Shown here in pieces: positions 1-8,440 of a DNA stretch of 32,000 nucleotides. The translations under genes and the position numbers were made by a program. The notes under the pieces are model-generated. The model saw only the letters and a list, made by a program, of their open reading frames with translations. It was not told the DNA's origin and did not search any database. The stretch spans positions 1,980,001-2,012,000 of the forward strand of contig NC_020409.1 in NCBI RefSeq assembly GCF_000341895.1. The letters run 5' to 3'. This stretch comes from Pseudodesulfovibrio piezophilus C1TLV30 (GTDB taxonomy: Bacteria; Desulfobacterota; Desulfovibrionia; Desulfovibrionales; Desulfovibrionaceae). Within the stretch, counting starts at the first letter, position 1. Each line of letters starts with the position of its first letter.

Positions 1-421
1 CAATTCCCACACGTAATCCCTGAAGATCAGCAAGGCATGTCACGGTCAACTCTGAATCAGCCGGAACAACGACGACATTGGTTTCCATCGCCAGCGGTTC
101 ATCCGGGAAAAAGATGATTTTTTCCCGCCTGGGAGTTCTGAACCCCGAAGAAAGAGCCAAAATGTCACCATTTTTCAACTCAAACAACGCCCGCTTCCAG
201 GGGCGAGGCTCAAAAAGAGGGGTTTTGCCCATTCGTCTGAAAGCCTCACTGATCAGATCAAGGTTCATGCCCTTGTCTTTTCCATTTTCCCTATATTCAT
301 AAGGAGGATAGTCCTCATAGACGATAGGAAGAAGGTTTTCCTGGGCAGAGGCAAAAACGCTTGAGAAGAGGAGAGGCAGAACAACCAGACAGGCAAGGGG
401 GAATTGTATGGGGAAAAACAT
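1..421 (-). CDS. Partial CDS (N-terminal ~140 aa; the 3' end runs off the window start): periplasmic solute-binding protein, family 3 (PBPb)-like
   Basis: My own translation of the minus strand from the ATG at 419-421 gives MFFPIQFPLACLVVLPLLFSSVFASAQENLLPIVYEDYPPYEYRENGKDKGMNLDLISEAFRRMGKTPLFEPRPWKRALFELKNGDILALSSGF... It is open to position 1. It has a signal peptide followed by a layout typical of amino-acid-type SBPs. It is absent from the ORF track because there is no stop codon in the window. Confidence 0.55.
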   Translation of the reverse strand, partial: MFFPIQFPLACLVVLPLLFSSVFASAQENLLPIVYEDYPPYEYRENGKDKGMNLDLISEAFRRMGKTPLFEPRPWKRALFELKNGDILALSSGFRTPRREKIIFFPDEPLAMETNVVVVPADSELTVTCLADLQGLRVGI

Positions 422-547
422 GGAGTCACGGTACTCACCCGTCCCACGCTCTGCAAGGGAATAGATGCTTCTATCTGACCTAAAAATCACGTAACGAAGT
501 GAAAAAACGCATTTATAAATTGCACCAAAGAGAAAACACGGATAACA

Positions 548-1930
548 ATGGGGACACCAATTTCACCTACAGGACCGAGGAATCAAAGAATGAAGACCTG
601 CACTGACGAAACCGTGATCCCGAGCAAAACCGACATCCCGGTCGTCGGCAAAGCCAAAATCAAGAACCCGATCAGCTTCGGCAGATTTGTCTCCGAAGAC
701 GACGCAGTCCTGGTCAATATCTCCAAACGCAATGTGGAAAAGAATCGACAGAGCAAAAAAGCTCCTGAACATACTTACTTCGAACCCGCCGGTCCCCGAA
801 GTCGGGTCTACTTTGACCCGAGCAAAACCAAGGTTGCCATCGTAACCTGCGGCGGGCTGTGCCCTGGCCTCAATGACGTTATCAGGGCTATTGTCATGAC
901 CGCCCACCACCAGTACAATGTTTCTTCCGTACTCGGTATTCGATACGGACTGGCTGGCTTCATTCCCCAATACGAATATGATGTGGTGGAATTGACACCG
1001 GATCACGTCAGCCGGATCCATGAATTCGGTGGCACGATCCTTGGGAGCTCTCGCGGGCCACAAAGCACCGAAGAAATCGTGGATGCTCTGGAACGCCTGA
1101 ACGTGTCCATCCTTTTCATGATCGGTGGAGATGGAACCATGCGCGCGGCCAGCAAAGTGGTTGCTGAAATCTCCGACCGCCACCTTGCCATCTCCGTTGT
1201 CGGGCTTCCCAAAACCATTGACAATGACATTAATTTCGCTTCGCCCTCCTTTGGGTTCGATACCGCAGTGGAGACAGCCGCCACCGCGATCAAAGGCGCG
1301 CATATAGAAGCCATGGGGGCACCATGGGGCATAGGGCTGGTCAAGGTCATGGGTCGCCATGCAGGATTCATCGCCGCCCAGTCCGCCCTGTCCTGCCAAG
1401 AGGTTAATTTTGTTTTGATCCCCGAAGATCCCTTCGACATTGAAGGGAAAAACGGGTTTCTTGCCGCTTTGGAAAAACGAATGCGCGAGCGAGGCAACGC
1501 TGTCATTGTCATGGCTGAAGGCGCGGGGCAGGATCTACTGGAAGTTTCTGAAGAGACAGACCCTTCCGGCAATGTCTGCCTCAGTGACGTCGCCACCCTG
1601 CTGCGGAGACATATTCTCCGGCACTTCCAGGACAAGGACATCACGCCAAATCTGAAATATATTGATCCGAGCTACATCATCAGGTCAGTCCCGGCCAATG
1701 CCAATGATCGTATTTACTGTTCATTCCTCGGTATCAATGCTGTTCATGCGGGCATGTCCGGACGGACCGGATTGGTCATCTCACGCTGGAACGGAAAATA
1801 TGTTCACATCCCCATGGAACTCGTGACTCAAGGGAAAAAAAGGATCAACCTCTGCTCCAACTACTGGCGAGCTGTCCTGGAGTCCACAGGACAACCACTC
1901 AACATGAAAAATGAGCCGGAGGCCTCATAA
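548..1930 (+). CDS. pfk: 6-phosphofructokinase (PfkA family, long form)
   Basis: 460-aa ORF with the PFK motifs GGLCPGLNDVIR, IGGDGTM, PKTIDNDI and MGRHAGF. An alternative start at 590 (MKTCTDE...) has a better GAGGAA RBS. Confidence 0.9.
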   Translation: MGTPISPTGPRNQRMKTCTDETVIPSKTDIPVVGKAKIKNPISFGRFVSEDDAVLVNISKRNVEKNRQSKKAPEHTYFEPAGPRSRVYFDPSKTKVAIVTCGGLCPGLNDVIRAIVMTAHHQYNVSSVLGIRYGLAGFIPQYEYDVVELTPDHVSRIHEFGGTILGSSRGPQSTEEIVDALERLNVSILFMIGGDGTMRAASKVVAEISDRHLAISVVGLPKTIDNDINFASPSFGFDTAVETAATAIKGAHIEAMGAPWGIGLVKVMGRHAGFIAAQSALSCQEVNFVLIPEDPFDIEGKNGFLAALEKRMRERGNAVIVMAEGAGQDLLEVSEETDPSGNVCLSDVATLLRRHILRHFQDKDITPNLKYIDPSYIIRSVPANANDRIYCSFLGINAVHAGMSGRTGLVISRWNGKYVHIPMELVTQGKKRINLCSNYWRAVLESTGQPLNMKNEPEAS

Positions 1931-2058
1931 GCTCTTTAACAGGAATGATAATTGTTCTTGATTTTATTGAAAAACTTGGGTAATTTGCGACCACTGTTGA
2001 ACTTTTCTGAATATTTCAGCAGAGGTTTTATAACAGCTCTATCCGCAAGGGGGTTTGT

Positions 2059-3372
2059 ATGGATGTGCTAATGCTTTCCAGGCTGCAATTTGCCGCAGCC
2101 ACCATGTTCCATTTCATTTTCGTGCCGCTGACGCTGGGCATGTCCGTGCTGATCGCCTGCATGGAAACAGCTTACGTCCGCACAGGAAACGAAGTGTACC
2201 GAAAAATGGCGAAATTCTGGGGAAAAATCTTCCTTGTCAATTTTGCTCTCGGTATCGTCACCGGCATTACTCTGGAGTTTCAATTCGGCACCAACTGGTC
2301 CCGCTACTCCGCCTATGTGGGCGATATTTTCGGGTCACTCCTGGCTATTGAAGCCACAGCCGCATTTTTTCTTGAGTCAACGTTTATTGGTGTCTGGCAC
2401 TTTGGCTGGGAGAAGCTCTCTCCCAAAGCCCACGCCATCACCGCATGGCTGGTAGCCATCGCTTCCAACCTCTCTGCAGTTTGGATTCTCATTGCCAATG
2501 GGTTCATGCAGGACCCCAAAGGCTTTGTACTGCGAAACGGACGCGCCGAACTGACCGATTTCATCGAAGTCATTACCAACAAATGGGCATGGCTGGAGTT
2601 CTTCCATGTGGTCCCGGCCTCCCTGTGTCTGGCCGGTTTCTTCATCATGGGCATTGCGGCATGGCACCTGCTACGGAAGAGCAATGAAACGTTTTTCAAG
2701 AAGTCCTTCACCATGGGATGCACGGTCGCGCTGATCTTTTCCGTCTTCGTGGCGGTTGAAGGCCATATTCACGGCAACAACATGGCCTTGAAACAACCGG
2801 CCAAGCTTGCTGCCATGGAATCTCACTGGGAAACCCAGACCAATGCACCGATCAACCTGCTCGTCATACCGGGTGAAGATGGCAATGTCCTTGAAGCGCT
2901 GCCCATTCCCGGTGTCCTGAGCTTCCTTGCCTACAACGACTTCAACGCCGAAGTGAAAGGGCTTAATGATATTCCCAAGGAAGATCGGCCCCCTGTGACT
3001 ATCACCTTCCTTGCCTTCCGCATCATGGTCGGCATCGGAACCATCATGCCCATCCTGGCTCTGTTCGGCTGGGTCATGCGAAACAGGCTTGAGAAGTTCC
3101 CCCTGTATCTGAAGATTCTGCCATACTTCATTCCTGCTCCGTACATTGCGATATGGGCAGGCTGGACTCTGGCCGAAGTCGGTCGCCAGCCATGGATTGT
3201 CTACGGCTTGATGCGAACAGCAGATGCCGTCTCTCCTGTCGGCACCGGAGAAGTGACCTTCTCCCTCGTCCTGATGTGCGCTATTTACACACTGCTTGGC
3301 GCGGCAGGTATCTGGCTCATGATTCGTCTCGCCAAGAAAGGCCCCGAAGACCACAGCCCCATCCAGGTCTAA
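2059..3372 (+). CDS. cydA: Cytochrome bd-type quinol oxidase subunit I (short Q-loop form)
   Basis: 437 aa. The N-terminus MDVLMLSRLQFAAATMFHFIFVPLTLG is typical of CydA and contains the His ligand. Other CydA elements present are FFLES, FFHVVPAS and GRQPW. The GGGGG RBS lies just upstream. Confidence 0.95.
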   Translation: MDVLMLSRLQFAAATMFHFIFVPLTLGMSVLIACMETAYVRTGNEVYRKMAKFWGKIFLVNFALGIVTGITLEFQFGTNWSRYSAYVGDIFGSLLAIEATAAFFLESTFIGVWHFGWEKLSPKAHAITAWLVAIASNLSAVWILIANGFMQDPKGFVLRNGRAELTDFIEVITNKWAWLEFFHVVPASLCLAGFFIMGIAAWHLLRKSNETFFKKSFTMGCTVALIFSVFVAVEGHIHGNNMALKQPAKLAAMESHWETQTNAPINLLVIPGEDGNVLEALPIPGVLSFLAYNDFNAEVKGLNDIPKEDRPPVTITFLAFRIMVGIGTIMPILALFGWVMRNRLEKFPLYLKILPYFIPAPYIAIWAGWTLAEVGRQPWIVYGLMRTADAVSPVGTGEVTFSLVLMCAIYTLLGAAGIWLMIRLAKKGPEDHSPIQV

Positions 3373-3405
3373 CCTGAGGCTAGGAAAACACAAGGAGAAG
3401 ATCTG

Positions 3406-4455
3406 ATGGATACTTTCATGGAAGTTGGCTCCTGGCACTATTATCTGGCCATGATCTGGTTCATCCTCTGGGGTGTACTGTGGGCCGTGTACTTCATACT
3501 CGACGGCTTTGATCTGGGAGTGGGCACACTGCTCCCGTTCCTGGCCAGAAACGAAATGGAAAAACGCGTGATGTACAACGCGACTGGTCCTTTCTGGGAC
3601 GGCAATGAAGTCTGGCTCATCGCGGCCGGAGGCGTCACCTTTGCCGCCTTCCCCTATGCGTACGCCCAGATGTTTAGCGGCCTTTACACGGCACTTATGC
3701 TGCTGCTCTTCGCGCTCATCCTGCGCGGTGTCTCTTTTGAGTTCCGTTCCAAGGTTGAGAGTGACAGCTGGAAAAAAGTTTGGGACACCTGTCATGTTGC
3801 CGGATCATTCCTGCCTGCTCTCCTGCTCGGTGTCGCCTTTGGCAACATTTTCCAGGGACTCCCGCTGAATGAAACCGGCTTCAGCCAAGCGGGGCTCTTT
3901 GGACTGCTCAATCCCTATGGATTGGCGGGAGGACTTCTGTTCGTCGTCATCTTCGTGATGCATGGAGCGCTTTGGCTCTGCGTTCGGGCCACAGGAGAAC
4001 TCCAGGCCCGCGCCGAAACCCTTGCCGCCCGCATTTGGCCGATAGAAGTTGTTTTGACTGTGCTTTTCCTGGCCTTCACGGCCGTGGCAACACAGCTCTT
4101 CAACAATTACTTCCTCTACCCGATACTCTTTGTTGTCCTGGCTCTGCCCGTGGCTGGCCTGGTTCTAATGCGGACATATCTCGGAGCCAAGAAATACTGG
4201 ATGGCATGGGGCGCATCCTGCCTGTACATCGGCGGAACCGCGCTCTTCGGTATCGCCGGTATATTCCCGGCGATTATCCCCTCCAATCCCAATCCGGCGC
4301 ACAGTCTGACTATCATGAACTCGGCTTCCAGCCCGCTGACCCTGCAGATCATGCTCGGCGTGGCCCTGGTCTTTGTCCCTACCATCATCTGCTACCAGGT
4401 CTGGGCGTACAAGACCTTCGGCACCCCTGTCACGGAAGAGGATATCCACTACTAG
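3406..4455 (+). CDS. cydB: Cytochrome bd-type quinol oxidase subunit II
   Basis: 349-aa polytopic protein starting 34 nt after cydA. It has CydB hallmarks: WFILWGVLWAVYFILDGFDLGVG and GPFWDGNEVWLI. Confidence 0.93.
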   Translation: MDTFMEVGSWHYYLAMIWFILWGVLWAVYFILDGFDLGVGTLLPFLARNEMEKRVMYNATGPFWDGNEVWLIAAGGVTFAAFPYAYAQMFSGLYTALMLLLFALILRGVSFEFRSKVESDSWKKVWDTCHVAGSFLPALLLGVAFGNIFQGLPLNETGFSQAGLFGLLNPYGLAGGLLFVVIFVMHGALWLCVRATGELQARAETLAARIWPIEVVLTVLFLAFTAVATQLFNNYFLYPILFVVLALPVAGLVLMRTYLGAKKYWMAWGASCLYIGGTALFGIAGIFPAIIPSNPNPAHSLTIMNSASSPLTLQIMLGVALVFVPTIICYQVWAYKTFGTPVTEEDIHY

Positions 4456-4480
4456 GCAAAGACTGCACATTTGTAAAAAG

Positions 4481-4512
4481 AACGCCCGGCCACTTGGTCG
4501 GGCGTTTCCATT
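4481..4512 (+). terminator. Possible intrinsic terminator after cydB
   Basis: An 8-bp GC-rich stem, aacgcccg (4481-4488) with cgggcgtt (4499-4506), is followed by a weak T-rich tract tccattt. It lies 26 nt after the cydB stop. Confidence 0.4.
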
Positions 4513-4846
4513 TCCCACACTTTGCGACAGCTTCCGCAACACATCCTCTGGGTGCAAAATGAGACGGGGAACACAAACCATGCCTGTCCCCCGGACAAGC
4601 TTTCTCCTTCTCGCCCTAGGGACATTTTCCCAACGACTCCAAACCGACCCTCAACCATACGCCCGATCGCTGTTTGTTTTTTACAATCAAATCGACTTTT
4701 GCTAGGTTGCATAACCCTTTCGGGGAGAGTGGAGGACGTGCGCGACAAGCCGTCGAGACTCCACACTGCACACCACCGCCTCCGGTGTTTTCATATTTCT
4801 GGGAAGCCGACTTCCCGTGGCTCTTTTCCTTTCAAGGATGTTTTCC

Positions 4847-5389
4847 ATGAAAATTCTCAACTGTATCGTCCGATACATAGACCGGCTCAACACCTGGGTC
4901 GGCACTTTAGCGGGATACATATCCCTGCTCATGGTTCTTGTAGTGACCACCGATGTCATCATGCGGTATGCCTTCAACATCACTTTTATCGCTGTCCAGG
5001 AACTCGAATGGCATCTCTTCGGCGTCTTGTTTCTCATCGGCGCAGGTTATACCCTCATGGTGGATGGCCATGTCAGGGTGGATGTCTTTTATCAACGCCT
5101 TTCACGAAAAGGCCGGGCCTGGATCAACCTGCTGGGCGTTCTTCTTTTTCTCCTGCCCGGTTGCTACCTTGTCATCAAGACCTCATGGCAATTCTTTGAA
5201 ATGTCCCTTCACGTCAATGAAGGCTCTCCCAACCCCGGTGGTCTTCCTGCCCGGTATGTGCTGAAATTCTTCATTCCTTTCGGATTCGTCCTGGTCATGC
5301 TGCAAGGCGTGTCCATGGGGATCAAATCCTTCCTCGAAATCATGGGCAGACCCTACAAAGGGAAAACTCCCAGGGTGGAGGGTATTTAA
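4847..5389 (+). CDS. dctQ: TRAP transporter small permease subunit (DctQ-type)
   Basis: 4-TM protein of ~180 aa that directly abuts dctM (TAA 5387-5389, ATG 5390). The ORF track begins at a GTG at 4817. The ATG at 4847 has AAGGA 8 nt upstream and is preferred. Confidence 0.85.
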   Translation: MKILNCIVRYIDRLNTWVGTLAGYISLLMVLVVTTDVIMRYAFNITFIAVQELEWHLFGVLFLIGAGYTLMVDGHVRVDVFYQRLSRKGRAWINLLGVLLFLLPGCYLVIKTSWQFFEMSLHVNEGSPNPGGLPARYVLKFFIPFGFVLVMLQGVSMGIKSFLEIMGRPYKGKTPRVEGI

Positions 5390-6712
5390 ATGATGGAAGC
5401 CCTCCCATTAATCATGTTTGCCGTGCTGACCGTCCTCCTGATGCTCGGTTTTCCAGTGGCTTTCACCCTGCTCGGCACATCACTCGTCTTCGGTGTCATC
5501 GGCTTTGGCTGGGATTTTTTCAACCTGCTGCCTTTACGAATCTGGGGCACCATGAACAACTTCACGCTCATAGCTGTCCCCCTGTTCGTCTTCATGGGGG
5601 TCATGCTTGAACGATCGGGGTTGGCAGAGGATCTCCTGGAAACCATGGCTCTGCTTTTTGGCCGCATGTGCGGAGGATTGGCCGTCTCCGTCGTCATTGT
5701 AGGCATGCTGCTTGGAGCATCCACCGGCATCGTCGGCGCGACTGTCGTGACCATGGGGCTTATCTCTTTGCCCACCATGCTGCGGCGAGGCTACCAAACA
5801 GAGCTGGCCACCGGAGTCATCGCGGCTTCTGGCACGCTGGGGCAAATTATCCCGCCATCGATCGTTCTCGTCCTGCTCGGTGATATCATTGGCGTTTCCG
5901 TGGGCAACTTGTTCATGGGCGCAGTCATTCCCGGCATGGTGCTGGTAGGACTGTATATCATCTATATCATTATCTACTCACGCCTGAACAAATCCTGCGC
6001 ACCGACAATACCCGATGAGGAATGGGCTGCCATCAAAGCCGCCGGGCTTTGGAGCCGTGTTCTCAAAGCCCTGGTCCCGCCGCTTCTGCTCATGACCTGC
6101 GTCCTCGGCTCTATCTTTGCCGGGGTCGCATCTCCAACCGAGGCCGCTGCCGTGGGCGCTGCCGGAGCCATAGTCTTATCCATCCTCAACGGACGATTTA
6201 CCTTCAAACGGCTCCGGGAAACCATGAACTCCACCATGGTACTCACCTGCATGGTGTTCACCATACTCGTGGGTGCCGGAGCCTTTGGTCTCGTCTTTCG
6301 AGGACTTGGCGGTGACACGGTCATACGCGACTACATTACCCACCTCGCTTTCGGCAAATGGACGGTTATGTTCATTGTCATGTCCATCATATTTGTCATT
6401 GGCTTCTTCCTCGACTTCATAGAAATAACCTTCATTCACATCCCGGTTCTCGCTCCGATCATGGCGGACTTCGGGTTTGACCCTCTCTGGTTTGCCATTC
6501 TGTTCGCGGTAAACCTGCAAACTTCGTTCATGACGCCCCCATTCGGATTCTCGCTCTTCTACCTAAAGGGAGTCTCTCCGCCCCACGTCAAAACCGGACA
6601 GATTTACAAGGGGATCATTCCGTTTGTCCTGCTTCAGGTCATCGGTCTCGGGCTTGTCGTTGCGTTTCCGGCCATGGCAACATGGCTCCCAAAAGTGGTC
6701 TTCGGAAACTAA
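5390..6712 (+). CDS. dctM: TRAP transporter large permease subunit (DctM-type)
   Basis: 440-aa polytopic protein with DctM-like segments (IAVPLFVFMG, GIVGATVVTMG, GQIIPPS, QTSFMTPPFGF). It is start/stop-coupled to dctQ. Confidence 0.92.
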   Translation: MMEALPLIMFAVLTVLLMLGFPVAFTLLGTSLVFGVIGFGWDFFNLLPLRIWGTMNNFTLIAVPLFVFMGVMLERSGLAEDLLETMALLFGRMCGGLAVSVVIVGMLLGASTGIVGATVVTMGLISLPTMLRRGYQTELATGVIAASGTLGQIIPPSIVLVLLGDIIGVSVGNLFMGAVIPGMVLVGLYIIYIIIYSRLNKSCAPTIPDEEWAAIKAAGLWSRVLKALVPPLLLMTCVLGSIFAGVASPTEAAAVGAAGAIVLSILNGRFTFKRLRETMNSTMVLTCMVFTILVGAGAFGLVFRGLGGDTVIRDYITHLAFGKWTVMFIVMSIIFVIGFFLDFIEITFIHIPVLAPIMADFGFDPLWFAILFAVNLQTSFMTPPFGFSLFYLKGVSPPHVKTGQIYKGIIPFVLLQVIGLGLVVAFPAMATWLPKVVFGN

Positions 6713-6796
6713 TCGGCACCCCAGAGACTCTTTGATTTCAAAAATCATCACTTTGGAGAACTGACCACGCTTAGGCGTTTTCACCATTCAATCCTC

Positions 6797-6830
6797 AAAA
6801 AAGGGATTCTCCTTGCTCAAGGAGAATCCC
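6797..6830 (-). terminator. Intrinsic terminator, minus-strand orientation (probable 3' end of the cox transcription unit)
   Basis: Perfect 10-bp stem gggattctcc (6803-6812) with ggagaatccc (6821-6830) and an 8-nt loop. The plus-strand A6 at 6797-6802 reads as a T6 tail on the minus strand. Confidence 0.55.
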
Positions 6831-6845
6831 AGATTTCTTCGAGGA

Positions 6846-7115
6846 TCACCCTTCTTCCACAAGGGATGGGTCAACGACTCGATAAAAACGCCCCTCAGGG
6901 CAGATTGCAAGAATTTCCTCCTGCTTTCCAGGACGTTTTCTCTCCACGGTGAAAATCCAGAAGGGGAAACCGCCAGCGGTGGAATTGTCAGGCCATTTTA
7001 TCTCCGACGGCTCAGAGGCTCTCCCCTTGGGAATCCTATTCTCGCCTTCGGTTAAAACAAGAGTTACTCTGAAAAGATCCCCCAGAAACAACTGTTTCCG
7101 GGGGATTCTGTTCAT
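6846..7115 (-). CDS. Hypothetical protein (89 aa), weakly supported
   Basis: This is the only ORF in the 450-nt gap that is co-oriented with the cox operon, and it ends 16 nt before the minus-strand terminator. It has no recognisable motif and no clear RBS. Confidence 0.25.
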   Translation of the reverse strand: MNRIPRKQLFLGDLFRVTLVLTEGENRIPKGRASEPSEIKWPDNSTAGGFPFWIFTVERKRPGKQEEILAICPEGRFYRVVDPSLVEEG

Positions 7116-7164
7116 TCGTCAACGGATATGGGAAGCCCCTTGCTTCCTCCGGGGCATATCTTTT

Positions 7165-7593
7165 TTATGGAAGAAGGAAAATCTGAATGACTTCAACCGC
7201 TGTCCACGCCTGATAGCAGGCCATGCAAAAAAGAAGCAGATTGCATACTCCATGCAGCAAGGCCAACCCGGCGCGTTTACCCTTGGGTTTTTCCAAAACA
7301 AGCCCTGAGACCAAGGCAATGAGAATCATCGGCACCATAAGCACGCCGACCAGGAAATGCCCTTCCGTAAGATCGATACTTCCCCAGGCATACCAAGCCA
7401 TGAAAAGCCCAAGGGCGCACCCTATGAGCCAAATACCGTGCACGACCTTTCCAAGGAGAACATGTCGTTTCCAATTGAAAGCGGACTTGACTTTGAGGTG
7501 CTGAAAACGAAATCGTTGCAGCCCCATAAAAAGGACATAAACGGCAAGAATCATGGCAATAGACTGAATCGCAGGATGAATCCACATCAACAT
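7165..7593 (-). CDS. Uncharacterised 4-TM membrane protein with conserved-looking histidines (possibly DUF4079/cytochrome b561-like; not verified)
   Basis: 142 aa with four hydrophobic helices and His at positions 6, 32, 44, 52, 79 and 114. It starts 18 nt after the ctaB stop behind a GAGAGGAAGG RBS, so it is probably co-transcribed with the cox operon. Confidence 0.7.
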   Translation of the reverse strand: MLMWIHPAIQSIAMILAVYVLFMGLQRFRFQHLKVKSAFNWKRHVLLGKVVHGIWLIGCALGLFMAWYAWGSIDLTEGHFLVGVLMVPMILIALVSGLVLEKPKGKRAGLALLHGVCNLLLFCMACYQAWTAVEVIQIFLLP

Positions 7594-7611
7594 ATCAGGA
7601 AAACCTTCCTC

Positions 7612-8439
7612 TCAATAAGACTGTATTAACAAGGCAGCAAGAGTGAATGGCAATGAAGCATACACGGCCGTTGCCGCCCGTTGCCGATGATTGCCGAGGA
7701 CGGACATCAAAGCCCAGCCCCCACCGAGTACAATCACTGGGGGGACAAGCCAATTCCAGGCCGCCATACCGGCCATGGCGACCAGACAACCAAGCCCGAG
7801 AAAATACGCGGCAACCCAGAGCGCGAGCATGGGGCGGTACATCCCTTCGGAAAGACGGCTGTGCAGAGTAGCAAATCCGGCACGCTCATAGTCCTCGCGA
7901 TGTTTCTCGTGCAAAAGCCAGAAATGGGGTACCTGCCAAAGATAGAAAATCATAGTGACCCCTAAAATGGTCGGATCAACGAGAGAGCCCCCGGCACCGA
8001 CCCATCCCGTTAATGGAGGCAAGGCTCCACTCACGGCCCCTACCAACAAAGCCATGGGAGTCTTCGGCTTGAGCGGAGTATACAGTCCATTGTAAATAAT
8101 CGGCACACTCACCCCCAAGCCAAGCAAGGTCCACCCTCCGGCAACGAAGAACAGAACCAGACCGACCTGAAAAAGAAGCAGAGAAAGCAGCAGTCCGGTC
8201 CTCGGAGAGACATGTCCTGATGCAACAGGGCGATTCCGCGTTCTGAGCATCAGCCTGTCGCGACGGCGCTCCTGAACCTGATTAAGAGCCGAGCACCCCG
8301 CACAAAGCACTCCGGCACCAAAGGCTGAGACAAGCCCCATACCATCATGGGGAGGACCATAATAGAAGGCCCCGAACATCGCGCCCCCGGCCACAGCCAA
8401 GCTGACACGGGGACGAAACAGATCAAGCATTTCTCTCAT
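7612..8439 (-). CDS. ctaB: Protoheme IX farnesyltransferase (heme O synthase)
   Basis: UbiA-family polytopic protein with ALNQVQERRRD, NRPVASG and YLWQVPHFW. The ORF track extends to 8544 inside coxII. The ATG at 8437-8439 lies one nucleotide after the coxII stop (8441-8443) and is the likely start. Confidence 0.9.
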   Translation of the reverse strand: MREMLDLFRPRVSLAVAGGAMFGAFYYGPPHDGMGLVSAFGAGVLCAGCSALNQVQERRRDRLMLRTRNRPVASGHVSPRTGLLLSLLLFQVGLVLFFVAGGWTLLGLGVSVPIIYNGLYTPLKPKTPMALLVGAVSGALPPLTGWVGAGGSLVDPTILGVTMIFYLWQVPHFWLLHEKHREDYERAGFATLHSRLSEGMYRPMLALWVAAYFLGLGCLVAMAGMAAWNWLVPPVIVLGGGWALMSVLGNHRQRAATAVYASLPFTLAALLIQSY

Positions 8440-8440
8440 A

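Noticed and set aside
563-1644. Long minus-strand ORFs (278 aa and 213 aa) antisense to pfk
   Set aside because: They lie wholly inside a gene with clear family motifs. Their products are Arg/Gly/Ser/Pro-rich with no motifs. This is the usual shadow ORF of GC3-biased coding sequence.
2671-3795. 374-aa minus-strand ORF spanning the cydA-cydB junction
   Set aside because: It is antisense to two unambiguous oxidase subunit genes. It has low-complexity composition, no RBS and no motifs.
4559-4705. 48-aa ORF downstream of cydB considered as a cydX/cydS candidate
   Set aside because: It lies after the putative cydB terminator and has no RBS. Its sequence (MRRGTQTMPVPRTSFLLLALGTFSQRL...) lacks the Y-F-x-W-x-x-G start and the single clean TM helix of CydX-type peptides.
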